This document shows, one piece after another, positions 44,866 through 53,609 of a stretch of DNA of 64,000 nucleotides. Source of the stretch: an uncultured Verrucomicrobiae bacterium. Lineage in GTDB: Bacteria > Verrucomicrobiota > Verrucomicrobiia > Limisphaerales > Palsa-1400. The stretch covers positions 3,360,001 through 3,424,000 of the forward strand of contig OY969763.1 in assembly GCA_963702845.1 (NCBI GenBank). The letters run 5' to 3'. A program made the translations under genes and the position numbers. A model generated the notes under the pieces. The model was not told where the DNA came from. It saw only the letters and a program-made list of their open reading frames with translations, and made no database searches. Numbering within the stretch: position 1 is the stretch's first letter; each line of letters starts with the position of its first letter.

Positions 44866-45909
44866 TCAGTTGTTGACGTCCACAGTTCGCAACGCGCGGT
44901 AGAATAGTTTCCCGCTATTGGTCACTGTCACGCTCGCCCGCCTCGTTCCATCGAGCACGTTTGTGCTGAACGATTGCCAGTCCACAAGATTACTGGACGA
45001 TTGCAGGACGTGGGTTGCGTTCAGCGCGCCGTAAAGGGTGATCTGCGTCCGATTCGTCGCAGTCGACTGCAGTGTGAAATAAAAGTCGTCGTTGATAATC
45101 GTGCACTTCGGCTGACTCACAAATACGACTCCGCGCGCATTTTGCGGGTTGGTGTCTTTGGGCCGAAGGCTGAAGCGGCCAAACCCCAACGAGGGATTTA
45201 ACAAAAACGTTTCGTCGTCTTCATTGGTGTCGTCACCGTTCACGACGACGATGCAGCAAGCCACGTTGGTTCGTGCAGGTCCGGGATCGAGTTGCCAGCG
45301 ACTTGGAAAGGTGGAATAATCCACATTGGCCGCCGCGGTTCCGCCAGAAGGCGAACAAAGGGCATATACTTCTTGTTCGGTTGCTTCGTAGGTCGTCAGC
45401 GTCACGTTTACAATAGTCGTCGCGCCTGCAACGCCCTCAGGCGTCGTGACGTCATTGACGTAAATCTCTAACGGATCGTCATCGAGAATCATGCATTGGG
45501 CGCTGGAACGTCCGAGTGTCCCCTGCCCTTGAAGCGAAAGACCGAGGCCAAATGGTTCGTTCGCTTCATTGACAGTGTCGCCGATGACCTTTATGTAGAC
45601 CGACTTGTTAGTCTCATCGGGCGCAAATGTAACTGTCCCGTTCGTCGCCACGAAATCCACGCCGCTACGCGCGGGATAGGGCTGGTTCAAATAGTCGTAA
45701 GGAACTTCAAACGTCGTATAAGCAACCGTGAGAGCATTCGTCCACGGAGCCGAAAGCGTGATGACGAACTCAGCGTTCGTCGTGCCGGAATTACCTTCGA
45801 TCACTTGTGTGTCATTGATATCAACAGTCGGCTGCGATTGCGCAATCGCTAACATACCGGAGCACGCAATCCATGCCAAACACACCGCATTCTGCATCCC
45901 AAAGCCCAT
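44866..45909 (-). CDS. Secreted Calx-beta domain protein
   Basis: Two Calx-beta repeats (VIEGNSGTT...GTVTFAP...GDTVNEANE); C-terminal LQSSSNLVDW...FYR module. Confidence 0.85.
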   Translation of the reverse strand: MGFGMQNAVCLAWIACSGMLAIAQSQPTVDINDTQVIEGNSGTTNAEFVITLSAPWTNALTVAYTTFEVPYDYLNQPYPARSGVDFVATNGTVTFAPDETNKSVYIKVIGDTVNEANEPFGLGLSLQGQGTLGRSSAQCMILDDDPLEIYVNDVTTPEGVAGATTIVNVTLTTYEATEQEVYALCSPSGGTAAANVDYSTFPSRWQLDPGPARTNVACCIVVVNGDDTNEDDETFLLNPSLGFGRFSLRPKDTNPQNARGVVFVSQPKCTIINDDFYFTLQSTATNRTQITLYGALNATHVLQSSSNLVDWQSFSTNVLDGTRRASVTVTNSGKLFYRALRTVDVNN

Positions 45910-46001
45910 GCTCCTGAGTATGAGCTTTGGGAGGGCTGCGGAAAATCGAGAAGCCTACTCAAACCTTTCTGAGAGAATGCTCGATTTTCTGTGCTTGATT
46001 G

Positions 46002-46265
46002 TCAGACATCGACGCGACGGTTGCGCACGAACAGCATCCGATAGAGCGCGAGCAGAACAATGGCGCCAACCACCGATGCGATGAACCCAGCCGAATCACC
46101 TTCCCGATACCATCCAACGGCCCGGCCAATGTAGTAAGCCACAAACGAGCCGGCGATACCGATCAACGTTGTGATGATAAACCCGCCGGGATCGCGGCCA
46201 GGCATCAGTAGTTTAGCAATAATTCCGACGATTAATCCGATTATGATCGTTCCTAACACATGCAT
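46002..46265 (-). CDS. GlsB/YeaQ/YmgE family stress-response membrane protein
   Basis: IIIGLIVGIIAKLLMPGRDPGG...ASVVGAIVLL. Confidence 0.9.
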   Translation of the reverse strand: MHVLGTIIIGLIVGIIAKLLMPGRDPGGFIITTLIGIAGSFVAYYIGRAVGWYREGDSAGFIASVVGAIVLLALYRMLFVRNRRVDV

Positions 46266-46347
46266 ATAGTTCCTCCTGTTATTGCAACCGTACCTCCCCA
46301 CATAAACGGAACAACTCCTTCCGCGGACTACAACAATCCCCGATGTC

Positions 46348-47604
46348 CTACTGTTCGATTCGGTAGAGGTGAGTTTTGGTGCGAATGATTAACGCATGAC
46401 CGCTTACCGCTGGTGAAGCCATCAAGCCGGAATCCAGTTTGTTCGTCGCAATCACGGTGCATGTGCGTCCCGGTTTAAGCACGGAGGCGGTTCCCTCCAG
46501 GTCGAAGAAATACAAATGCCCATCAGCATAAATTGGCGAGCCTTCATAAGTTCGTCCAAATCGTTCGGTCCAAACGACGTTTCCATCCGCCGCATCAACG
46601 CACGAAACAAAACTTTCTCCAGCCGCGGTATAAATCAAACCATCGACAAAAATCGGTGACGAAAATTTCCCGACGTGCGTGCGCAAATGCCATTGCACGT
46701 GTGTCTGGGTAACGTCGCCACTGCCGTCCGGCTTGACGGCGAATAGATCTGTCTTCGTAGTGCCACTCACGAAGTAGGCAAGGTTGTTGTGGAAGATTGG
46801 CCGCGGTGCGGACGAAAAATCCAAATGTGTGACTTTCCACAGTTCCTTTCCGCTTTTCACATCATAACCGTACGCTGCCTTTGCGCCGGAACTGAGCAAC
46901 TGAGCGTGGCCATTTACCGTCGCAATGATTGGAGTGCTATGTGCTTTGCGATGGTCACCCTCTTTTGCGAACCCGCCTTCGTTTGCGTCATTCCAAATCG
47001 CCGAGCGATCGGTTTTCCAAATCGTCTTGCCCGATCCCTTTTCGAGGCCGGTGATGTATTGCAGGTCGACGCCATCCAACGTGACGATCAACAGGTTTTC
47101 AAATAGAACCGGCGATGAAGATGGGCCACGAAATAGGCGACATTGCAAGTCCTCACGTTTCCAAATCACCTCGGCGGTTTTGGTATCCAGACACGCAGTT
47201 CCATAGCATCCAAAATTGACATAGACGCGTCCGGGTTCGATGACCGGCGATGGTGTCGCGTAACTGTTCACATCGTTACCGAGCGATTCCGGGTTATCGC
47301 AGTGGAACAGCTTTTTGTTCACGAGAATTTTTCCAGAGGACTCGTCGACCGAGATGACGTAAAAATCGTGACCGCCAGGATCGGCAGTCGTCATCCAAAT
47401 TTTTCCGTCTGCAATCGCCGGCGTCGACCAACCGCGCAATGGAATTTCAGTTTTCCATTTGATGTTTTCCTTTTCGCTCCAACGCAATGGCAAGCCCGTG
47501 TTCGGCGCGTGGCCATTCTGAGTCGGGCCGCGCATTTCAGGCCAATCAACGTTGGCACGCGCGGCAAGGCAAGCCATGAAGAGCAACAGGAAAATGAAAC
47601 GCAT
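46348..47604 (-). CDS. PQQ-like/BamB-type beta-propeller protein
   Basis: DWPEMRGP, WSTP, SSPV, GKTIWK and ASPAV repeats. Confidence 0.88.
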   Translation of the reverse strand: MRFIFLLLFMACLAARANVDWPEMRGPTQNGHAPNTGLPLRWSEKENIKWKTEIPLRGWSTPAIADGKIWMTTADPGGHDFYVISVDESSGKILVNKKLFHCDNPESLGNDVNSYATPSPVIEPGRVYVNFGCYGTACLDTKTAEVIWKREDLQCRLFRGPSSSPVLFENLLIVTLDGVDLQYITGLEKGSGKTIWKTDRSAIWNDANEGGFAKEGDHRKAHSTPIIATVNGHAQLLSSGAKAAYGYDVKSGKELWKVTHLDFSSAPRPIFHNNLAYFVSGTTKTDLFAVKPDGSGDVTQTHVQWHLRTHVGKFSSPIFVDGLIYTAAGESFVSCVDAADGNVVWTERFGRTYEGSPIYADGHLYFFDLEGTASVLKPGRTCTVIATNKLDSGLMASPAVSGHALIIRTKTHLYRIEQ

Positions 47605-47684
47605 AGAAAAAGAATGATAGGATAACGCGGCAAAGCAAGTCTCGGAATGACAACTCTCCCGCGATGCGATAGCGTCGCTTCGAA

Positions 47685-49097
47685 ATGTTGACCCGCATCC
47701 TGTTGCTATTTCTCGCGATCATCCTCCCTGCTTCATCAGCACAGTTGCAAAAAATCCGCATCGCAAAGGACGGTCGCACGTTTGTGACCGATGACGGGAA
47801 ACCATTCGTCCCATTCGGTGTAAATTACTATCGACCCGGCACTGGCTGGGCACCGCAGATTTGGAAAACGTTCGATGCCGAAGCAACCCGTAAAGATTTC
47901 GCACGGATGAAAGAACTGGGCGTGAACTGCGTTCGCGTGTTCGTGACTTACCACTCGATGCATTTTGAGCCCGGCGAACTCAACACCAACGGCATCGCCA
48001 AATTCGACCAGTTCCTCGATATCGCGGAAAGCGCCGGTATTTACGTTCATCCGACCGGACCGGAATTTTGGGAAGGCCCGCCGCACTGGAAGCCAGTCGC
48101 CCTCGAGGACGAACGCACGCTCGACTATACCTGCGAATTCTGGAAAAAGTTTGCGGCGCGGTATCGCAATCGCCACGTCATTTTCGCCTACGACCTCAAC
48201 AACGAGCCGAGCATTACCTGGAACAATGAAATTATCCTACGTCGTTGGAACGATTGGTTGAAAAAGAAATACGTCACGACACAAAGCCTGAATATCGCGT
48301 GGAGGACCAACAACAATACCGCGTTTGGAAATATTCCCGTGCCCAAAGCCCACGATGCCGTGAAGAACCCGGAGCTTCTCGACTTCCAACATTTCCGCGA
48401 AGATATCGCCGACGAATGGACCAGCCGACAGGTCACGGCGATCAAATCCGCTGATCCCGAAGCCCTGACTACGGTTGGCTGTTTACAAACGACCGTGCCA
48501 TCGCGCTTTTGGGGCGGCATCGAAGATTTCACCGGCTTCGTTCCCAAACGTCAGGCGCGATATCTGGACTTTCTTGAAATCCATTTTTATCCATCCGAAG
48601 GCGGCGGCTACGAATACAAGTCTCACGCCAGCGAATTAGCGAACCTCGCGTATCTCGAAGGAATTGTTCGCGAGGTTGCAAAGGCGGGCAAGCCGGTCGT
48701 TATGGCCGAATTCGGGTGGTATGGCGGCAAAGAGAAACCAAAGTTCGATCACGGAGCCCACCCGCTCGGGACTGAAGAACAACAGGCTTCGTTTTTAAAG
48801 AACGAAATTGAAACGACGTCGGGTTTCGTGGTCGGCTGGCTAAACTGGGGTTTGTATGATCATCCTGGCGCAGGCGATTGCAGCGAACTTACCGGGTTGC
48901 TCGGCGTTGACGGTCACGTTAAAGAGTGGGGCAAAACATTTCACGAGCTCTCAACGCACTACGCGGGCACCGTTATCCCACCGAAGAAAATCGGGCCACG
49001 GCCCGACCTTGATTGGGATGCGTGTATCACCAGCGGCACCGCCGGTAATGCTTTTCGAAAAGCCTACCGCGAAAAGTTTCTTGCGGAGCATCGCTGA
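47685..49097 (+). CDS. Secreted clan GH-A glycoside hydrolase (GH5/GH42-like)
   Basis: PFGVNY, MKELGVNCVRVF, YDLNNEP (acid/base), IHFY, PVVMAEFG (nucleophile). Confidence 0.85.
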   Translation: MLTRILLLFLAIILPASSAQLQKIRIAKDGRTFVTDDGKPFVPFGVNYYRPGTGWAPQIWKTFDAEATRKDFARMKELGVNCVRVFVTYHSMHFEPGELNTNGIAKFDQFLDIAESAGIYVHPTGPEFWEGPPHWKPVALEDERTLDYTCEFWKKFAARYRNRHVIFAYDLNNEPSITWNNEIILRRWNDWLKKKYVTTQSLNIAWRTNNNTAFGNIPVPKAHDAVKNPELLDFQHFREDIADEWTSRQVTAIKSADPEALTTVGCLQTTVPSRFWGGIEDFTGFVPKRQARYLDFLEIHFYPSEGGGYEYKSHASELANLAYLEGIVREVAKAGKPVVMAEFGWYGGKEKPKFDHGAHPLGTEEQQASFLKNEIETTSGFVVGWLNWGLYDHPGAGDCSELTGLLGVDGHVKEWGKTFHELSTHYAGTVIPPKKIGPRPDLDWDACITSGTAGNAFRKAYREKFLAEHR

Positions 49098-50843
49098 TTA
49101 CTTTGGCGGTTCGATGTTGTGTTTTACCGCCGATGAACTCTGGCCCGAAGGTTTCGCGGCCTCGTCAAGCGGATGCTCTTCTTCGTACAACTCCTGTGGC
49201 ACTTTTCCTGTCACAGCCGCACGACTATAGGGATAAATATCGGGATCGAAGATGACACTGTAGAGATGCCACACCAGAATCGCCAGACAGGCAAGGATCG
49301 CTTCGTAGAAGTGCACGGTGGTCGCCGCATCGACACACCACCGCTGCAGGAAGCGCGTCACATCCATTTTAAACCAAATCATAAAGCCGGTCGCGCCCAT
49401 GATGATCGTTCCCCAAACCACCGCCCAGTATTCCATCTTTTCGATGTAGGAGAACCGTCCGAACCGCGGTTTCAGCGGACTCATGCCGAGCAGGTACTGC
49501 GCTTGCTCTGAGATATCGCGGGCATCTTTCAGCGCCGGCAACATGTCTTTGACCAATCGGCGACCTTCCCTCGAACCCATGATGTAGCCCAGGTGGTAGA
49601 CACCACCAGCGAGCATAATGATTCCAGCAATGCGATGCGTCCAACTGCGCACTGCTTCGGTGCCGAGCGCATGCGCCCACCAGTTGTCCGGGAACTTGAG
49701 CGCGAAACCCGTCCAGGCCAGCACAATGAAACTGAGCGCGAGGATCGCGTGTTGAGTGCGTTGCGAAACGTACATGCGCACCACACTCGCGCCGTTCACA
49801 TGGCGACGCGCTGCAACTTTTCGTCCCATCAACAGACCGTTGTGAGCGATCATTGCGCCAATCACTCCGATGATCATCGCGAGATAAATTTTGCGTATCC
49901 ACCAATTCACTTTTTCGCCGAACCCTGCGCCGGCTTTGCTGCTGGCGACATCCACGTGGACTTTGCTCAACGCAAATCGTTCGTTCGCTCCCGGGTGACA
50001 TTTGCCGCAGGTCTGGACCAAATGGTCCTTGTTAATCGTCGAATGCGGATCAGATGACGGCAGAATTTTGTGAAACCCATGGCAACTGCTGCAATCAGCA
50101 GCGACCGCCGACCCGTAGGTCGCCGCAAGCCCATGATAACTTTCAAAAAACGTCTTCACACGATCGCTCGGCATTCGGAATTTGGTGTTAATCCGCTCCG
50201 ACGCGTGGCACTTGCTGCAAACCATTCTCGAAATATCCAAAGGCGAACGAGCTTTCAGCACCTCGATCTTATGTTCTGCATGGCAATCGGTGCAGGTGGC
50301 TGCTTCACGTTTGCCGTGCAATGATCCCTGGCCGTGCACACTCACGGCCACGTCTGCGGCTGGGTCCTTGTGACATTGTCCACAGGTTTGAGTGATGTGC
50401 TCAAAATTCAGAGGCGAATCGGGCAATGCCGCCGTGATTACGCTATGGTTTCCGTGGCAAGTGACACAACTGGGCGCGTTGGTTGCCCCTTTCTTCGCGG
50501 CCAAGCCATGAACGCTCGCTGCGTAATAGTCCGATTGCGTCTGGTGACAGCGCGCACAATCGACCGGCTTTGCTGCGAGATTGTCATCGGGATGCTTGTC
50601 GGTAAGATCGCTGTGACAACTCATACACGAGTTCGTTTTGTGCACCGACGCGTTCAGCTTGCTCACGTCACAGAAAACCGAACGAACGATGCCGGTTTTG
50701 TTAGTGGCGGTGAGAGTCTTGTCCTCGTGACATTGCAGGCAGTCTGCGTTGCTGATTTCGGCAGCGAGGATTTTCGCTCCGCACCAGAGCAGAAGCGTCA
50801 GCACGAACAACGCGGCACCGCGTGTCCGAAGTTTTATTTTCAT
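49098..50843 (-). CDS. CbcL-like 9-heme cytochrome c fused to an FdnI/HydC-type cytochrome b domain
   Basis: 9 CxxCH; TM region with His ligands (TQHA, WTHR, TVHFYEA, VWHLY); FSYIEKMEYWAVVWG. Confidence 0.85.
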   Translation of the reverse strand: MKIKLRTRGAALFVLTLLLWCGAKILAAEISNADCLQCHEDKTLTATNKTGIVRSVFCDVSKLNASVHKTNSCMSCHSDLTDKHPDDNLAAKPVDCARCHQTQSDYYAASVHGLAAKKGATNAPSCVTCHGNHSVITAALPDSPLNFEHITQTCGQCHKDPAADVAVSVHGQGSLHGKREAATCTDCHAEHKIEVLKARSPLDISRMVCSKCHASERINTKFRMPSDRVKTFFESYHGLAATYGSAVAADCSSCHGFHKILPSSDPHSTINKDHLVQTCGKCHPGANERFALSKVHVDVASSKAGAGFGEKVNWWIRKIYLAMIIGVIGAMIAHNGLLMGRKVAARRHVNGASVVRMYVSQRTQHAILALSFIVLAWTGFALKFPDNWWAHALGTEAVRSWTHRIAGIIMLAGGVYHLGYIMGSREGRRLVKDMLPALKDARDISEQAQYLLGMSPLKPRFGRFSYIEKMEYWAVVWGTIIMGATGFMIWFKMDVTRFLQRWCVDAATTVHFYEAILACLAILVWHLYSVIFDPDIYPYSRAAVTGKVPQELYEEEHPLDEAAKPSGQSSSAVKHNIEPPK

Positions 50844-50851
50844 ACAACCTC

Positions 50852-53023
50852 TCAGTGGACCAGGCGGGTGACCATGGCGTAGATAATCAGCGCCAACAGC
50901 ACCAGTCCTAAACCGAAGAACAAATATCCAAAGCTGCGCGCGATGCCCTTCCAGCGCTCCCACTCGTCTTTGACGCGGTATTGGTCCAACTTGCCCGACG
51001 AGAGCAGCCGGTCATACCAGCGCTTGCGTTCGTGGAGCATTTCCGCTTTTGAAATGCGTCCTGAGAAAATCACTGTGTCCATGGGGAATTTTTCAATACG
51101 GAAGTGCGTATTGAAAAAGTGCACCGTGAAAATGAATCCAGCGGCAAGGAGCGCCTCGTCAGAGTGAACGATCAGCGCGATGTTAATGGCCCAGCTTGGC
51201 AGGAACTTCGAAAAGAATTGCGGGAACCACATGATCAAGCCCGACACGCCGATCGCGAACACGCCCCAAAACACCGCGAAGTAATCGAACTTTTCCCAGT
51301 AAGTCCAGCGATCGAACTCCGGTTTCGGTCCTTTGCCGAAGAACCATTTCTGATGTGCGATGAAATCCTTTACATCCTGCCACGTCGGAATCATGGAATC
51401 TGGACCAAACAAAACGTGTAGGAGCCGTGAAACCGACCACTTGCCGGTCGCCGGGTCACGCAATGCCTCCCGCTTGCTCCAACTGTTCACGAGCAAGCGA
51501 CCGACGTGCAGCCCAAAATACAGGAACGTGATGATTGCGCCGAAGTGATGCAATACGCGGGCGACTTGCGTTCCGCCGAGGATATAGAAAATCGATTTGG
51601 CCCAACTCGTGTAATAGAACTTCAGTGGCATTCCGGTCACAACGAGGAGCAGAAAACTTGTGACGACCAGGAAGTGCAGGAATCTCTCGTATGGCTGGAA
51701 TCGCGTGAACCATTCGCCGCCGCGTTGATGCGCATGAACCTTTGCTTCGCGGAACGTTTTCGAATCATTCACGTATAGATAACCAGATCGGAAAATCCAC
51801 AGCGCCGTGTGACCACCGAAAAATGCAAATACACCGATCAACAATCCCGTCATCCCGAAAAACACCGCGTTAAGTGCTGGATAGTTTTTGTGATCCAACG
51901 GATTCGCATGCGGCACGTATTGCGCAAAGCTCTCACTGGCATCGGCATGACATTTTTTGCAAGTGCCGACGATGTTCGCATTCGATAACCGCGAAGCCGG
52001 ATTGGATCGCGGCAAAACATCGTGTGCGCCGTGGCAGTCGTAACAAGCGGCCACTTCTGGCGCGGCGTTCGGTTTTCCTAGCGCCATCGCTTTGCCGTGA
52101 TACGTGTCGCGATAATGTTCGAGCCGGTCCTGGTGGCATTTTCCACAGCGCTCGTCACTAATTTCCTTGAAGCTACTTAATTCCGGTGACCCGATAGTGT
52201 GCGCCGTATGGCAGTCCGTACAAACCGGCCCGCGTTTGTCACCTTTGGCCAAAAGCTGTCCGTGCACACTAGCGTTGTATTGTTTTTCAATACCCAGATG
52301 ACACTTGCCGCATGTTGTCGCGACATTCGCGTGGTTTACCGTGGAACTGCGGTCAACACTGCGTTTTATATCATGCACCCCATGGCAGTCGTTGCACGAG
52401 GGCGCGACGATCAACCCCATCTTCAATAGCGCCTTGCCGTGCATACTGTCCGTGTATTGCGCCGCGACCTCCGGATATTTCATCCGATACTCCGTCGTGA
52501 TGCCCTCGTTGCTATGACACTTTGCACAGGTGCGCGGCAGGTTGAGTTTGTAAACAGGTGACTCGGGATCTTTCACCGCCATGATGTTGTGCGTGCCGTG
52601 ACAATCCGAGCAGCCGGCGGCCGCTGAAGCGCCCATTGATTTACTCACGCCATGAATACTTTCAGCGTAATTTTTTACGGCGTTGTCGTGGTCCGATTTC
52701 GCTTCATGACAATTATCGCAACGCGGTGCCGGCGGATGCGCTTCGTGAACCAGATCTTTGAAGCCGCGGTGGCAATCGACGCAGTTCAGTTTTCCGTGAA
52801 TAGATGCCTTAAATATATTGGTTGGAAAAACGGCCATCGGCACGGACTTGCCCTTCACCATGCGAGAAGTGGTTGGGTCGGTATGGCAATCGAGACAGTC
52901 CTGATTAGAAAATGTTTCGGTGACAGCAACAGATGTACCGTTGAATAAGAGCCAGATAACCGCAGCAAAGAGCAGAATAGTACATCGTCGAGAGGCCGCA
53001 ACAACACCACCACTTTTACTCAT
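50852..53023 (-). CDS. CbcL-like 11-heme cytochrome c fused to a cytochrome b domain
   Basis: 11 CxxCH; FLHFL, VLHHF, IVHSDEA, TVHFF; WTYWEKFDYFAVFWG; start uncertain. Confidence 0.85.
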   Translation of the reverse strand: MSKSGGVVAASRRCTILLFAAVIWLLFNGTSVAVTETFSNQDCLDCHTDPTTSRMVKGKSVPMAVFPTNIFKASIHGKLNCVDCHRGFKDLVHEAHPPAPRCDNCHEAKSDHDNAVKNYAESIHGVSKSMGASAAAGCSDCHGTHNIMAVKDPESPVYKLNLPRTCAKCHSNEGITTEYRMKYPEVAAQYTDSMHGKALLKMGLIVAPSCNDCHGVHDIKRSVDRSSTVNHANVATTCGKCHLGIEKQYNASVHGQLLAKGDKRGPVCTDCHTAHTIGSPELSSFKEISDERCGKCHQDRLEHYRDTYHGKAMALGKPNAAPEVAACYDCHGAHDVLPRSNPASRLSNANIVGTCKKCHADASESFAQYVPHANPLDHKNYPALNAVFFGMTGLLIGVFAFFGGHTALWIFRSGYLYVNDSKTFREAKVHAHQRGGEWFTRFQPYERFLHFLVVTSFLLLVVTGMPLKFYYTSWAKSIFYILGGTQVARVLHHFGAIITFLYFGLHVGRLLVNSWSKREALRDPATGKWSVSRLLHVLFGPDSMIPTWQDVKDFIAHQKWFFGKGPKPEFDRWTYWEKFDYFAVFWGVFAIGVSGLIMWFPQFFSKFLPSWAINIALIVHSDEALLAAGFIFTVHFFNTHFRIEKFPMDTVIFSGRISKAEMLHERKRWYDRLLSSGKLDQYRVKDEWERWKGIARSFGYLFFGLGLVLLALIIYAMVTRLVH

Positions 53024-53158
53024 GCAACGAGCATGAATTTTAAGCCCTCCTAATACTCTCCGTTGTTTGTGGAACGATCCCCATTTTTTGCATTGCAAAC
53101 TCTTGACCCACAACAACGAGCAACTGTTATTGCGACCTGCAGCGCAATTTCGGCGAAG

Positions 53159-53605
53159 CTATGCTGCAATTTCCTCAATCTGGTCCGCTATTTCACACAG
53201 CAGGTTGTAGTAATCCTCCTTGGACATCCCCAGCGCGTAGGCGCCAAACACTTCTGCGTCTTCCGCTGAAGCAAACTCGCCGTAGTTCACCAGCACGAGT
53301 TGATAAAGCACTACAGCCGGAACTTCTTTCAAACGGGTCATCAAAAGCGGATGAACGAAAATCTTGAAGCCATCTTCCGGATTTTCGCCCAGCGGTTCAG
53401 GATGTGCCATTTCGCCGAGGTGCAGACCGGCCGTATCGAACACAATTGTGCACGGATACCGCACGCACATCCGATCTTCCAACAGCAGTTGAAGTTCGTT
53501 CCAACCGATGTGCGGGCCATATTTTTCAAACACCTGCGCGCCTTTGTCACCGGCGTGTGCCGTAAGAGATTGGCGGGCATCTTCGACGGTTAATTTCTTT
53601 TCCAT
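53159..53605 (-). CDS. Hypothetical cytoplasmic protein within the cytochrome operon
   Basis: 148-aa ORF starting 4 bp after the NrfD stop; no heme motif. Confidence 0.7.
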   Translation of the reverse strand: MEKKLTVEDARQSLTAHAGDKGAQVFEKYGPHIGWNELQLLLEDRMCVRYPCTIVFDTAGLHLGEMAHPEPLGENPEDGFKIFVHPLLMTRLKEVPAVVLYQLVLVNYGEFASAEDAEVFGAYALGMSKEDYYNLLCEIADQIEEIAA

Positions 53606-53609
53606 ACAA

